From the NCBI GenBank assembly GCA_964360585.1, contig CAYHXC010000007.1:3867-67866 (forward strand): DNA of 64,000 bases, in the 5' to 3' direction. Numbering within the stretch: the first letter of the stretch is position 1; the number at the start of each line of letters is the position of its first letter. The notes below the pieces were generated by a model that searched no databases, was not told the DNA's origin, and saw only the letters and a program-made list of their open reading frames with translations. The position numbers and the translations under genes were made by a program. Shown here in pieces: positions 39,495 to 49,457 of the stretch. This stretch comes from an uncultured Candidatus Saccharibacteria bacterium (GTDB taxonomy: Bacteria; Patescibacteriota; Minisyncoccia; UBA6257; 2-01-FULL-56-20).

Positions 39495-40719
39495 AATACC
39501 CGGCAATTTTCATGATCTCCTGCGCGATAATTTGGGCGGCATTCGGAATGTAAAATGAAGCGGATGTCTTTGACATTGTCTCAAGCGTGGCCGCATTTCC
39601 CAAGATGTCCTTAATTTGGTTCATGAAAATGCCGGGCATGAGATTTGTTTGTTCAATGATAATTCCGCCGCCGGACTTGGCGAACTCAAAGGCGTTCAAG
39701 CGTTGATGATCCCGGGCTGATCCGGGAAGCGGAATCACGATCGCTGGTTTTTTAAACGCCGCAATCTCAAAAAGCGAACTGCTGCCGGCGCGACTGATCA
39801 CGAGATCGGCGGCGGTCAAGGCGTTCCGCATATCTTCTGTCTTGAGGAATGCAACAGGATGGTATCGTTTTGGGAGCGCGTCCTTGGTCGAGATCTCAAT
39901 CATGGCCGCGCGCGAAAGTTTTTGCACTTCGGCAAAGTTAGCCGTTCCGGTCTGGTGGATAATCTGGGCAATCTTCGTCATCTCTTCGAGATTGGTCATC
40001 AAAAATTCGTTCAGGGGTTGGGCGCCCTGTGATCCGCCCATCACAAAGATGACCGGTTCTTCGGGATCAAATCCTAAAACATCCTTCGCCGTTTTCTGGG
40101 AAAGTTGATCGGTAAAGAGACCGGGATTGAGGGGGGCGCCAGTCAGGGCCGTTTTTTTCCGGGGGAAGTAGTTTTTTGCCCGATCAAAACTAATTGCAAT
40201 CCGCCGCGCGAAACGTCCGGCGATGGCATTGCTCACTCCCGGAATGGCGTCCGATTCGTGGATCACGATTGGAATGCGGTATAGCCAACCGACGAGCACA
40301 ACCGGCAGTGAACCGGTGCCGCCCTTCGAAAAAATGACGTCGGGCATAAAAAAAAGAAGTTTTACGAGTGCTTGGAACAAACTTACGAAAAAAAACGGAA
40401 TGTCTAAGATATTCCGGACGAATCCATGTCGCCGCCACTTGGCGCCCAGCAAGGAATCAATCTCGATATTTGCCGCCCTTAGAATTTCCACGTACTCGCT
40501 CTCTGGTCCGAGGTAGCGAAGGGTGAGGGAAATTCCCGCCTTGGGTGCGCTCAGGCGGAGCGCTTCAGCCACGGCGAGAAGCGGATTGATATGTCCACCA
40601 CTGCCGCCGCCGGCCAGGACGACGCGCAGTGTCCGTTCCGGACTTTTTCTTTCCGGAGCGACTGACTGCGCTCCGGTTTTCCCATCGACCACTTCTTCGT
40701 AATTGACGTCCTTGAACAT
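39493..40719 (-). CDS. murG: UDP-N-acetylglucosamine--N-acetylmuramyl-(pentapeptide) pyrophosphoryl-undecaprenol N-acetylglucosamine transferase
   Basis: LAGGGSGGHINPLLAVAEAL glycine-rich motif and GT28 C-terminal domain. Confidence 0.85.
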   Translation of the reverse strand: MFKDVNYEEVVDGKTGAQSVAPERKSPERTLRVVLAGGGSGGHINPLLAVAEALRLSAPKAGISLTLRYLGPESEYVEILRAANIEIDSLLGAKWRRHGFVRNILDIPFFFVSLFQALVKLLFFMPDVIFSKGGTGSLPVVLVGWLYRIPIVIHESDAIPGVSNAIAGRFARRIAISFDRAKNYFPRKKTALTGAPLNPGLFTDQLSQKTAKDVLGFDPEEPVIFVMGGSQGAQPLNEFLMTNLEEMTKIAQIIHQTGTANFAEVQKLSRAAMIEISTKDALPKRYHPVAFLKTEDMRNALTAADLVISRAGSSSLFEIAAFKKPAIVIPLPGSARDHQRLNAFEFAKSGGGIIIEQTNLMPGIFMNQIKDILGNAATLETMSKTSASFYIPNAAQIIAQEIMKIAGY

Positions 40720-40731
40720 ATTTTCTTTAGC

Positions 40732-41838
40732 TTAGGAGTATTTCGATATATTCGCAATGATTCCCGCCATCGTCATAAAAACAGCTAAGGCGGTGCCGCC
40801 GAAGCTGATAAAGGGCAGCGGCACGCCGGTTAAAGGAACCACGCCGGAGATGGCCGCCATGTGCATAAAGGCCTGGCCGGCGATAATCGTCCCAAAGCCA
40901 ATCAGAACGAGACGTCCAAAACTATCGCGAAAGTTTTTCGCCAGCCAAAATATTTTTACTATCAGAAATCCAAAAACAACAACCAGTCCGGCGCTCCCGA
41001 TAAAGCCGAGTTCCTGGCCAATGACAGCAAAGATTGAGTCCGCAATCGGATCTGGTAAGAATTTGATCTTGGCTGTCGACTGGCCATAACCAGTACCCAG
41101 GATCTGTCCCGAACCAATCGCAATCAATGACTGATTTAAATGGTAGCCAATTCCTTCTTCGTGGCTCGAGTATTTCAAAAATCCAAAAACCCGTTCAAAT
41201 CGGTATGGCGTTGTAAGAACGAGGAGCGCGAGGCCAAAAGCACCAAGGAGTATGGCGCCAAGAATATATTTCCACGGGGCGCCGTGTAAGAAATACATGA
41301 CCAGACCCGATCCCAAAAGAATCGCCACGGTTGAGGTCGCCGGCTGAAGGATAAGGATGATGCCAATAATGCTTGAGATAACAAGAAAAGGCATAAACCC
41401 CTCGTAGAAATTTTTACCGCGATTCATTTTATTGTTACTCAACCAGGCAGCAAGATAAATGATGTAGGTGATTTTCATTAACTCGGCCGGCTGAAAACTA
41501 ATCGAACCAAACTTCAACCACCGTTCCGCACCACCGCTGGCTAAGCCAAAACTGGTAAAAACCAGAAGGAGGAGTCCTAAGGTCACAAGAAGCAAGGGTA
41601 CTGTCCACTTCTGATAGGTGCGATAGTATATAAAATAGCCCGCAAAGAATCCGATACAACCAATCAAAAGACCGTGGAGCAGCTGGTGTTTGAGATAGTA
41701 GTACGCGTCATCAAATCTGGTCTTGCCGAGATACGACGAGGCGCTGGCGAGCATGACGAGGCCAAAAACAACGAGGAGAAAAAAAGTGGTGATGAGAACA
41801 TAGTCAGGACTGTGTCCGGATTTCCGAAAAGCTTTCAT
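40732..41838 (-). CDS. ftsW: SEDS-family peptidoglycan glycosyltransferase (FtsW/RodA)
   Basis: ten-helix membrane protein carrying motifs of the SEDS (shape, elongation, division, sporulation) family. Confidence 0.8.
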   Translation of the reverse strand: MKAFRKSGHSPDYVLITTFFLLVVFGLVMLASASSYLGKTRFDDAYYYLKHQLLHGLLIGCIGFFAGYFIYYRTYQKWTVPLLLVTLGLLLLVFTSFGLASGGAERWLKFGSISFQPAELMKITYIIYLAAWLSNNKMNRGKNFYEGFMPFLVISSIIGIILILQPATSTVAILLGSGLVMYFLHGAPWKYILGAILLGAFGLALLVLTTPYRFERVFGFLKYSSHEEGIGYHLNQSLIAIGSGQILGTGYGQSTAKIKFLPDPIADSIFAVIGQELGFIGSAGLVVVFGFLIVKIFWLAKNFRDSFGRLVLIGFGTIIAGQAFMHMAAISGVVPLTGVPLPFISFGGTALAVFMTMAGIIANISKYS

Positions 41839-43349
41839 TGATAGTGAGAACGGTGTCGCAGAATTTTGCCGTGGGGCGTCAGATCGAAACTGTGGTTTTC
41901 GAATGCCAGATGACCATTCACGATAGTAAAAAGTATTTCGCCGTTCCGGAAACCAGTCACGTCGGCAAAAAATCCTTCTTTAATCTCCCCTCGCTTTTCA
42001 ATCTGAAAAAGACTGGCTGGTTTTTTGGTAATCCGTTCGATCGCCACTTCAATCGGCATGATTCTTTTTTCCTCGACGAGCGATAGGAATTTCGGAAACG
42101 TTCGGCGTGCCCGCTCTGGTTTCAACATAATCTCGCTTGTCTTCGAGAGGCTGGCGGCATTTGAGGCAATGAGACAACGCGGATGCGTCAGCGCCTCCAT
42201 CAGAAGATCCTGATTGATGCTCTCATAAAACACGGCGGCCCGGAGCTCGGTCGCAATCATGACTTTGATCAGAGCTTCTTTATAATCATCGACGCCGTAG
42301 AGTTCCATACAGTCGCGAATCGATCGTCCGACTAAAACATCGTTTTTATCGGCGCGCGAGATGATAATTTTTTCCGGATCAATATCAGTTATTTCTTTCT
42401 GCACCTTGCTTCGCAACCAGTCATCGGTCAGATTTTCATACATCTCGGACAAGCCGCCCTGTTTCGCCCAGTCCGGCAGGAAGTAATAAATTGGAAGTAT
42501 GCGGATCGGGAACGGTGAAAGATCAAAATACATCTCGCTGGCCGGGTCGAGGTTGCGTAACTTTTCGAGGCCAGAACGGTAGAGATCTTCTTCCCCAAGA
42601 ACCGGAATGAAGTGGCTAATAATCGTCTTTACGCCGGTATTTCGGTGCAGGGTGATGGCCTCATCAATTGGCTCGGCCACGCCGCCGGCGCGGTCGCGTA
42701 GATGGGTGGTGTAGACACCTTCCTGTTTCTTGACGATCTTAGCCAGCTCCTCAAGCTCTAATGGCGAGGTGGCGGCGCTATGGACATAACTTAAACCCGT
42801 CGAGAGTCCGGCTCCGCCCTGTCGCATGGCTTTGGCGAGAACATGGGTAAAAACGTCAACCTCTTTGGCGGTCAGGTTTCGCGCCTCCTCGCCGACAATA
42901 TCCCGACGAATAGTCGAGTGGCCGACAAGGGTAGCAAAGTTTACCCCCAAGGGGTGCTTCTCCAGAAACGCGAGGAGTTCCGCGACTTCATGCCAGTTAA
43001 CGTTGATCTTCGTCGTATCCGTCCATTTACGGAGCGAGTCCAAACGGCCGTAGATAAGTGGCGCGAGCGATGAACCGCACTGGCCGCCGATAATTGTGGT
43101 CACGCCCTGGCGCAAAAAATCCTCCTGGAGCGGATCGGAGAATACCGAGAGATAGTGGTCGGAGTCGGTATTAACGTCGATAAAACCCGGACTCACGTAA
43201 CAGCCCTGGGCGTCAATAACCTTGTCGGCGATTTTCGCGGAAAAACTGCCGATGGCCGAAATTTTATCGCCGCTGATAAAAATATCGGACCTATCAGTCA
43301 GTCGCTCTCCACCAGAAAAAATCTGCGCACCTTTGATCAAGATGGTCAT
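41835..43349 (-). CDS. amidohydrolase-family protein (N-acyl-D-amino-acid deacylase-like)
   Basis: metal-dependent amidohydrolase motifs (VSPGFIDVNTDSDH). Confidence 0.6.
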   Translation of the reverse strand: MTILIKGAQIFSGGERLTDRSDIFISGDKISAIGSFSAKIADKVIDAQGCYVSPGFIDVNTDSDHYLSVFSDPLQEDFLRQGVTTIIGGQCGSSLAPLIYGRLDSLRKWTDTTKINVNWHEVAELLAFLEKHPLGVNFATLVGHSTIRRDIVGEEARNLTAKEVDVFTHVLAKAMRQGGAGLSTGLSYVHSAATSPLELEELAKIVKKQEGVYTTHLRDRAGGVAEPIDEAITLHRNTGVKTIISHFIPVLGEEDLYRSGLEKLRNLDPASEMYFDLSPFPIRILPIYYFLPDWAKQGGLSEMYENLTDDWLRSKVQKEITDIDPEKIIISRADKNDVLVGRSIRDCMELYGVDDYKEALIKVMIATELRAAVFYESINQDLLMEALTHPRCLIASNAASLSKTSEIMLKPERARRTFPKFLSLVEEKRIMPIEVAIERITKKPASLFQIEKRGEIKEGFFADVTGFRNGEILFTIVNGHLAFENHSFDLTPHGKILRHRSHYQ

Positions 43350-43398
43350 CCCTTCTTATTATAGAACGTCCCGCTTTTAAAATGAATGCCTCGTTTTA

Positions 43399-44484
43399 CT
43401 AGAAGGCGAGATTCTGTACTTCACGAACCGTAAGAACAAGCATGAGGAGGATAAGAAGGCTGATGCCGGTCGTATTGATAACGAGTTTTGTCTTCGTACG
43501 GATGGCACTTCCCTTTAGCTTCTCAATAAAGATGAAAAGGAGATGTCCGCCATCCAAAGCCGGGAACGGAATGGCGTTTAAGACCGCGAGATTCAAGGAA
43601 ATAACACTCATCAAATGGAGAAGGTAGATGAGATTTATCTTTCCGGTCTCCTGGGCAAAGCGGAATATGCCCACTGGTCCAACCACGTCCTCGGGAATGC
43701 TGGCCTTAAAAAATATGTCACGAAGAAGGTTCGCCAGTCCCTGGACCGTCAAAACGACAATGACAACCGCCTGCTCAAACGATCGCCGGATGGCTTCAAA
43801 AAAACCCTGTCGCGGAATACCAATCGCCGTAAAACGGATGCCAAGCGTGCCTTGGTTCGGCTCGGGCATGGTTCGAAGCGTAACGGGGATAAGAACTTTC
43901 TTGCCGTCTGTTTCAACGAAAAGCTGGATCTCCCGTCCTTTATGCTGATCCACGAATTGCGAGAAGTCGTGCGCTAGTGATTCTCCATTTTCGATGGCGG
44001 TTTCTGCGGTCGTGACCGTTTCTCCAAATCCCATAATTACCTCTCCTTGCTTCAGTCCTGCAATTTCGGCCGGACTCCCCTTCTCCACATCGCCAATCGC
44101 AATTCCTTGCGGCGTGCCAATCAAGAAGACGGTGGTTAAAATGAGCCAGCCGAGCAGAAAATTCATGGCAATGCCCGCTCCGATTACGACCGCCCGTTTC
44201 CACGGCTTCTGAAACGTAAAAAGACGTTTTTTCTCCTCCGCTGAAAGATGTTTCAGGTCTTCCTCATTCTCCCCTTCGCCCGCAATTTTCACGAAACCGC
44301 CCAGCGGCAATACGTTAAAACTATACACCGTCTCACCCTTTCGTTTGGAAAATAATCGCGGTGGAAAACCAACACCGAACTCCTCTACTTTAAGGTGAAA
44401 TTTTTTAGCCGCCCAAAAATGTCCCCATTCGTGCGCCACAATTAAAACCGCGATCCCCAAAATGGTTGCGAGGGTAATGAGCAT
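43399..44484 (-). CDS. rseP: site-2 protease RseP (M50 family, with PDZ domain)
   Basis: HEWGHFWAAK (HExxH) zinc motif in the first transmembrane region; PDZ segment; C-terminal LDGG motif. Confidence 0.8.
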   Translation of the reverse strand: MLITLATILGIAVLIVAHEWGHFWAAKKFHLKVEEFGVGFPPRLFSKRKGETVYSFNVLPLGGFVKIAGEGENEEDLKHLSAEEKKRLFTFQKPWKRAVVIGAGIAMNFLLGWLILTTVFLIGTPQGIAIGDVEKGSPAEIAGLKQGEVIMGFGETVTTAETAIENGESLAHDFSQFVDQHKGREIQLFVETDGKKVLIPVTLRTMPEPNQGTLGIRFTAIGIPRQGFFEAIRRSFEQAVVIVVLTVQGLANLLRDIFFKASIPEDVVGPVGIFRFAQETGKINLIYLLHLMSVISLNLAVLNAIPFPALDGGHLLFIFIEKLKGSAIRTKTKLVINTTGISLLILLMLVLTVREVQNLAF

Positions 44485-44487
44485 TGA

Positions 44488-45045
44488 TTAGACGGAAAGT
44501 TCCTGAATTTTCTTTTCAAGCACTGCATCAATATCTTTATTGGCGTCATCGGTCACTTTTTGGATTTTTTCCTTCGCCCGAAATAACTGATCCTCGCTTA
44601 TTGTTTTCTGGCCTTCGATAATTTTTATTTTTTTATTGGCGTCGTCCCGAAGCGTCCGAATGGCGATGCGCGTTTCCTCGCTCATCTTTTTTACCGTTTT
44701 CCCAAGTTCCACGCGCCGTTCGTCAGTGAGTGGCGGAAGGAAGGCTCGGATAGTACGTTCGTCGCGCTGAACACTCAAACCCAGCTTGGCGTCCTCGATT
44801 GCTTTGATGACGCCGGAAATAACCTGCTCATCCCAGACCTGGACAACAATTTCCCGCGGCGGTTTGATACTCAATGATCCTAACTGCTTAATCGGGAGCT
44901 TCTGATCAAAATACATAACCATGATATTTTCGATCATTTCCGGCGAGGGTCGGTTGGTACGGATACCGGAAATATCCTGTTTTAGCTTCTCTCGCCGCTC
45001 GTCGAGGCGACCCGTGAGCTCTTCTATGATGACGTCTGTTTCCAT
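44488..45045 (-). CDS. frr: ribosome recycling factor
   Basis: conserved overall pattern of ribosome recycling factor (RRF). Confidence 0.85.
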   Translation of the reverse strand: METDVIIEELTGRLDERREKLKQDISGIRTNRPSPEMIENIMVMYFDQKLPIKQLGSLSIKPPREIVVQVWDEQVISGVIKAIEDAKLGLSVQRDERTIRAFLPPLTDERRVELGKTVKKMSEETRIAIRTLRDDANKKIKIIEGQKTISEDQLFRAKEKIQKVTDDANKDIDAVLEKKIQELSV

Positions 45046-45048
45046 TGA

Positions 45049-45858
45049 TTAAGAAAAAATGCTTTCTAATTGTAACCGAGGATTGAGATTCAGAGTAGCC
45101 AAGCCCCGTTTCACCTGGAGGAGCTTGAGTATGAGCCCCGTATTCTCCTTTGACTCGGCATAGGTGAGAACAAGAATAGCGTCTATTAGTCGGAGCGGGT
45201 CCTCCTCGTTATCGAGATACTCCTTGGTCAGTTTCTTCCGACTTTCGGCTGAAGCAGTTCTCATTTTCTTAGCTGTTTCAGCATAACCGCTCGCCTCTCC
45301 GAGAAGTTCGCGGAGTTTTCCGGGCGATCCGTTTGAAGCGCGGAGAAAAACATTTTTTTCTTTCGCGCTAAATTTCTCCGGTAGAAGAAGCGAGAGATCT
45401 TTCTCGCTTACTCTCGGAAAATATATTTTTTGGAACCGTGAGATGAGCGTTGGAAGAAGCGTTTCTGGATTCATGACGATGAGGATGAGGAGGCTGTTCG
45501 CTGGCGGTTCTTCGGAAATTTTGAGAAGCGCGTTTTGCGCCTGCGGTGTAAGGCAGTCGGCCTGATCAATAATAACCGTTCGTTTTTGACCGGCAATTGG
45601 CGTTTCGCTTAAGTACCACTTAATTCTTCGGGCGGTTTCTATGCCAATCGTTCCATTTTGAGGAGTAACGAGAAGCGTGTCCTGCAGAATCTGACTCGAA
45701 AGATCAAACGGCCGTCCCTCGAGATAATGGGCCAAGGCTTCAGCGCAGGTTCGTTTCCCGATACCTTCTTCTCCGAAGAATAAGTAGCTCGATGCCAGGG
45801 CTTGATTCTTGACGAGTCCTTGAATGAGATTGATCCGGATCGAATGACCAACAATCAT
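45049..45858 (-). CDS. holB: DNA polymerase III delta-prime subunit (AAA+ clamp-loader)
   Basis: AAA+ N-terminal domain with a degenerate Walker A motif (FFGEEGIGKRT). Confidence 0.65.
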   Translation of the reverse strand: MIVGHSIRINLIQGLVKNQALASSYLFFGEEGIGKRTCAEALAHYLEGRPFDLSSQILQDTLLVTPQNGTIGIETARRIKWYLSETPIAGQKRTVIIDQADCLTPQAQNALLKISEEPPANSLLILIVMNPETLLPTLISRFQKIYFPRVSEKDLSLLLPEKFSAKEKNVFLRASNGSPGKLRELLGEASGYAETAKKMRTASAESRKKLTKEYLDNEEDPLRLIDAILVLTYAESKENTGLILKLLQVKRGLATLNLNPRLQLESIFS

Positions 45859-45861
45859 AGC

Positions 45862-46917
45862 TTAAGCGCGCAGATCGTGTTTTGTAAGAAGGGTTCGCTT
45901 GTAGGCATCGAGGTGATTCAGAATAAGACCGGTGCCGCGCGCCACGCAGAGCAGTGGATGTTCGGCCACATACACCGAAACACCAAGAAATCTTTTTAAA
46001 AACTCATCGAGATAGTGAAGCTGAGAACTGCCGCCGGAGATAATAATCCCCTTTTCCATCACGTCAGCCACGAGTTCCGGCGGGGTTTCATTAAACACAC
46101 TCTGCACTGAACTGGCGATCTCAATCAGATGCGGATGGAGCGCTTCGGCCACATCGTTTGAGGTGACGAGGACATCCTTCGGCAGTCCTGACGACAGATC
46201 ACGGCCCCGCACCTGCATCGCCATTTTTTCCTTAATCGGCAAAGCTGAACCAATTTCGATTTTGACGGCTTCGGCGGTCTGTTCGCCAATCGCCAGATCG
46301 TACTTCTTTTTTACATGATCAATAATGGCCTGATCGAATTTGTCGCCGGCAATGCGGAGGCTCGTCCAGGAAACGATACTTCCTAAAGCAATAATCGCCA
46401 CTTCGGACGTGCCGCCGCCGATATTTACAATCATGCTTCCCGAACGAGCATTGATCGGAATACCCGCTCCCAAGGCCGCCAAGATCGGTTCACGAACCAG
46501 AAAAACATCGCGAGCCCCAGCTTCCTTTCCGGCGTTCACCACCGCCCGGCGTTCCGTCTGGGTGATTCCGGCGGGCACGGAGATGATCACTTCCGGTTTT
46601 ACAAAATTAAATCCGCCGACGGCGCGGGAAATGAAGTACTTCAACATTGCCCGAGTAATATAGTAGTCGGCAATGACTCCGTTTTTTAACGGGCGATAGG
46701 CCACGATCTCTTCCGGCGTTCGGCCGATCATTTCTTTGGCCTCGGCGCCAACCGCCAGTACAAAATTCTCCGGTTTGCTTAATGAAACGATGGTCGGCTC
46801 GTTAATAATGAAGCCCTTCCCCGGAACAAAGACGACGGTGTTGGCTGTTCCTAGATCGATGCCGATGCGGCGCGTGAACATAGCCCTTAATGTACGACGA
46901 AAGCTTAATTGAGGCAA
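45862..46917 (-). CDS. mreB: rod shape-determining protein MreB
   Basis: IGIDLGTANTVVF actin-fold phosphate-1 motif and downstream actin-like motifs. Confidence 0.85.
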   Translation of the reverse strand: MPQLSFRRTLRAMFTRRIGIDLGTANTVVFVPGKGFIINEPTIVSLSKPENFVLAVGAEAKEMIGRTPEEIVAYRPLKNGVIADYYITRAMLKYFISRAVGGFNFVKPEVIISVPAGITQTERRAVVNAGKEAGARDVFLVREPILAALGAGIPINARSGSMIVNIGGGTSEVAIIALGSIVSWTSLRIAGDKFDQAIIDHVKKKYDLAIGEQTAEAVKIEIGSALPIKEKMAMQVRGRDLSSGLPKDVLVTSNDVAEALHPHLIEIASSVQSVFNETPPELVADVMEKGIIISGGSSQLHYLDEFLKRFLGVSVYVAEHPLLCVARGTGLILNHLDAYKRTLLTKHDLRA

Positions 46918-46920
46918 ACC

Positions 46921-47008
46921 AGGAAGTGAAAATTCGATTGAGAATTGCGGGATGCCGCTATCGAATTTCTACTTCCTGGAAAACAAATGAACTGCCACGG
47001 CGTTACCG
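46921..47008 (-). promoter_or_regulatory. mreB leader 20-bp-stem hairpin (46921-46981) plus an upstream GC hairpin with T-run (46989-47008) that likely terminates the preceding minus-strand ORF
   Basis: CCAGGAAGTGAAAATTCGAT / ATCGAATTTCTACTTCCTGG inverted repeat; CCACGGCG-TTAC-CGCCGTGG stem followed by a T-rich run on the minus strand. Confidence 0.4.
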
Positions 47009-47059
47009 CCGTGGTTTCCCGTACAGTTCAAGCTGGGCATATAAAAAACCGCGATGTGA

Positions 47060-47413
47060 TCACGGTTTCGATAATAAGGGTACGGTATCGAAAAGCTCAG
47101 TAATTGCCCTTGCAGGGCCGCCATTAGCGGTCCGGGCGCGAGCAAAAAACATATGTGCCATATTGAAAATGTCCCGCCCTTCTGTTTCAGAAGCCTCGAG
47201 CATGTCTGTAACGATAGAATCGACTTTCCCGGTATCGCCTTGAATGGCCAGTGTCCTTGCGAGAACTTTGACAATGCGACCCAATGTATCCGCTGCAGTC
47301 TGGTACCGATACATCTCTGCTTCAAGTTCTTGGGCTCGGGATGTAGCCGCGCTCACCTTACCGCGCTTGCGAATGTTTCTCTGTTCGCGTTTTTGACTTT
47401 TCTTCTCAGTCAC
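47060..47413 (-). CDS. hypothetical protein with basic N-terminus
   Basis: ORF followed by terminator-like hairpins; no motif recognized. Confidence 0.4.
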   Translation of the reverse strand: MTEKKSQKREQRNIRKRGKVSAATSRAQELEAEMYRYQTAADTLGRIVKVLARTLAIQGDTGKVDSIVTDMLEASETEGRDIFNMAHMFFARARTANGGPARAITELFDTVPLLSKP

Positions 47414-47486
47414 GGGCGTCTCCTTTCATTTAAAAATAGCCGCAATAATAATACTCCACAGCAATTAGCGGTCAAGCCGAGTCTTC

Positions 47487-49028
47487 TTATAGGTTCTTGA
47501 TAATCTTGATGCGAGCGCCCAAAGAGTTCAAGCGGCCGCAGATGTCCTCATAGCCTCGATTGATGGAGTAGGCATTCCGGAGAATTGAAGTGCCTTCGGC
47601 CTGAAGCATGGCAATTAAAATAATAACCGCAGGGCGAAGAGCGGGGGGACAGATCACCTCGGCTCCCTTCAGTTTGGTCGGACCGTCGACGTAGACGCGA
47701 TGTGGGTCGGCAAGTAAAATATTCGCGCCGAGTTTATTCAGTTCCATGTAGTAGATGGCGCGATTTTCATAGACCCAGTCATGAATCAAGGTCGTGCCCT
47801 TCGCCTGCGTGGCAATCGGCACAAAAAATGGCAAATTGTCGATATTTAATCCGGGATAGGGGTGCGCGGCAATTTTATCTTCAAGCGCCACGAGTTTCGA
47901 GGCAAAGGTTTGTATATCGACAAGATTGGCTTGTTCATTCGCGGCCTTGTACCGTTTCAAAATTTTATACTTGAATCCCATCTTCTCAAGTTTGAGCAGC
48001 TCCACTTCCAAGAAATCGATCGGACAACGTCGGATCGTAATTTTGGAATTTGTTGTCGCCGCAATCGAGAGAAAGAGCATGGCTTCAATCGGATCCTCGG
48101 TGGGCGAAAACGTGACTGGTAAAGTTATTTCCGGTTTTCCGTGGATAGTCAATGTAGTCGTTCCAATTCCCTCAATTTTCACCCCGAGCGCAGAGAGATA
48201 AAAGCAAAGATCCTGAACCTGGTAGTTTGCCGAGGCAAACTTGATGACCGTCTTTCCAGCGAGACGAGCCGCTACCATCAGGGCATTCCCCGTCGCTGTG
48301 TCGCTTGATTCGTAGAGAACGATTTCCGTCGGGCGAAGTTTTTTCCGGGAAACTCGATACTGGTTTTTTGCTGTATCGATTTTCACACCAAAATTTTCCA
48401 AAGCATAGAGATGCGGTCGAACTGTACGTTTGCCAAGCTTACATCCTCCTGGATAGGGCAAAGAAAAATTATTTACGAGATGAAGAAGCGGGCCGAGGAG
48501 GAGAATAATACTTCGGGTCCTAATAGCCGCTTCGATGTCCAAGTTTTTAAGCAAAAGCTTCTTCGGCGGAATAACTTCGAGGTCACTTTTCCCGATCCAA
48601 CGAATACTGACGCCGATACTCGAAAGAACTTCGATGATTCGATTTACCTCCTCGATCCGCGGCATATTCTTAAAAACGGTCTTGCCTTGATTCAAGAGCG
48701 AAGCCGAGAGTAAAAAAACGGCCGAATTTTTCGAAGTTTTAACCGTAATTTCTCCCGAGAGTTTTCGTCCGCCCTGGATTTCAAAATTCACGCTTGTATT
48801 TCCCAGGGTAATAATTTCACGATTCAAAATCTGACTGATCTTTGCGAGTAAGTCTGTCGTGAAATTTTGTTCGCCTTTTTCCATCCTGGCTACGGCGCTC
48901 TGACTGGTATGGAGAGCATCGGCCAGGTTTTTTTGGGTAATCCGCCTTTCTTCACGGAGCTCCTGAATAAACTGGCCGATCCGTGACTGTTGACTGTCGT
49001 CTTTGGGCATGGCCAAATAATATATCAC
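47487..49028 (-). CDS. murA: UDP-N-acetylglucosamine 1-carboxyvinyltransferase with N-terminal XRE-type helix-turn-helix domain
   Basis: N-terminal HTH (ITQKNLADALHTSQSAVARME); MurA core with catalytic-Cys loop YPGGCKLGKRTV and SKNSAVFLL Lys motif. Confidence 0.75.
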   Translation of the reverse strand: MIYYLAMPKDDSQQSRIGQFIQELREERRITQKNLADALHTSQSAVARMEKGEQNFTTDLLAKISQILNREIITLGNTSVNFEIQGGRKLSGEITVKTSKNSAVFLLSASLLNQGKTVFKNMPRIEEVNRIIEVLSSIGVSIRWIGKSDLEVIPPKKLLLKNLDIEAAIRTRSIILLLGPLLHLVNNFSLPYPGGCKLGKRTVRPHLYALENFGVKIDTAKNQYRVSRKKLRPTEIVLYESSDTATGNALMVAARLAGKTVIKFASANYQVQDLCFYLSALGVKIEGIGTTTLTIHGKPEITLPVTFSPTEDPIEAMLFLSIAATTNSKITIRRCPIDFLEVELLKLEKMGFKYKILKRYKAANEQANLVDIQTFASKLVALEDKIAAHPYPGLNIDNLPFFVPIATQAKGTTLIHDWVYENRAIYYMELNKLGANILLADPHRVYVDGPTKLKGAEVICPPALRPAVIILIAMLQAEGTSILRNAYSINRGYEDICGRLNSLGARIKIIKNL

Positions 49029-49197
49029 ATATGATATATTGCAAGGCGAGAAGGACTGTCCCCACCGGATCCTCTTCTTTCCTCCAGCACCGAAATATCC
49101 AGATTGACTTGTTTTTTACGCCCAACTACTGTGATAAGTAGCTACAGGGCCCGAGCGTGCGCTTTGCAACCACGCTCACCTCAGCCCTCGCTAAGAG

Positions 49198-49431
49198 GCC
49201 GGAAGTTGGAGTTCGAAGCACTGCTAAGTTCACGGAGCAACGTTCCCTGAGTGACTGTAACCCTCATTACTCATGTAGTGGGGCGGGACTCTCTGACAAG
49301 AGAAATCCCTTATCTGGTCCCGTTCTGTCTCCTCTGGACCGCGTATCGCCGCGGTCGCGATGGTTCAGAACCCTGGACCTCAGTGGCACTTATTTGCAAT
49401 GGAATGGCGCAGGTTGGCTCCAACTTCCGGC
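49198..49431 (+). ncRNA. retron msr/msd non-coding RNA region bounded by a1/a2 inverted repeats
   Basis: perfect 14-bp inverted repeat GCCGGAAGTTGGAG (49198-49211) / CTCCAACTTCCGGC (49418-49431) about 205 nt apart; internal hairpins (e.g. GACCGCG..CGCGGTC); reverse-transcriptase gene starts 27 nt downstream. Confidence 0.7.
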
Positions 49432-49457
49432 GCTACTGATCAACGCGGAGGACTGAA

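Noticed and set aside
49157-49456. 99-aa ORF covering the retron ncRNA region
   Set aside because: It overlaps the a1/a2-bounded structured region and has no start context. It is interpreted as non-coding msr/msd.
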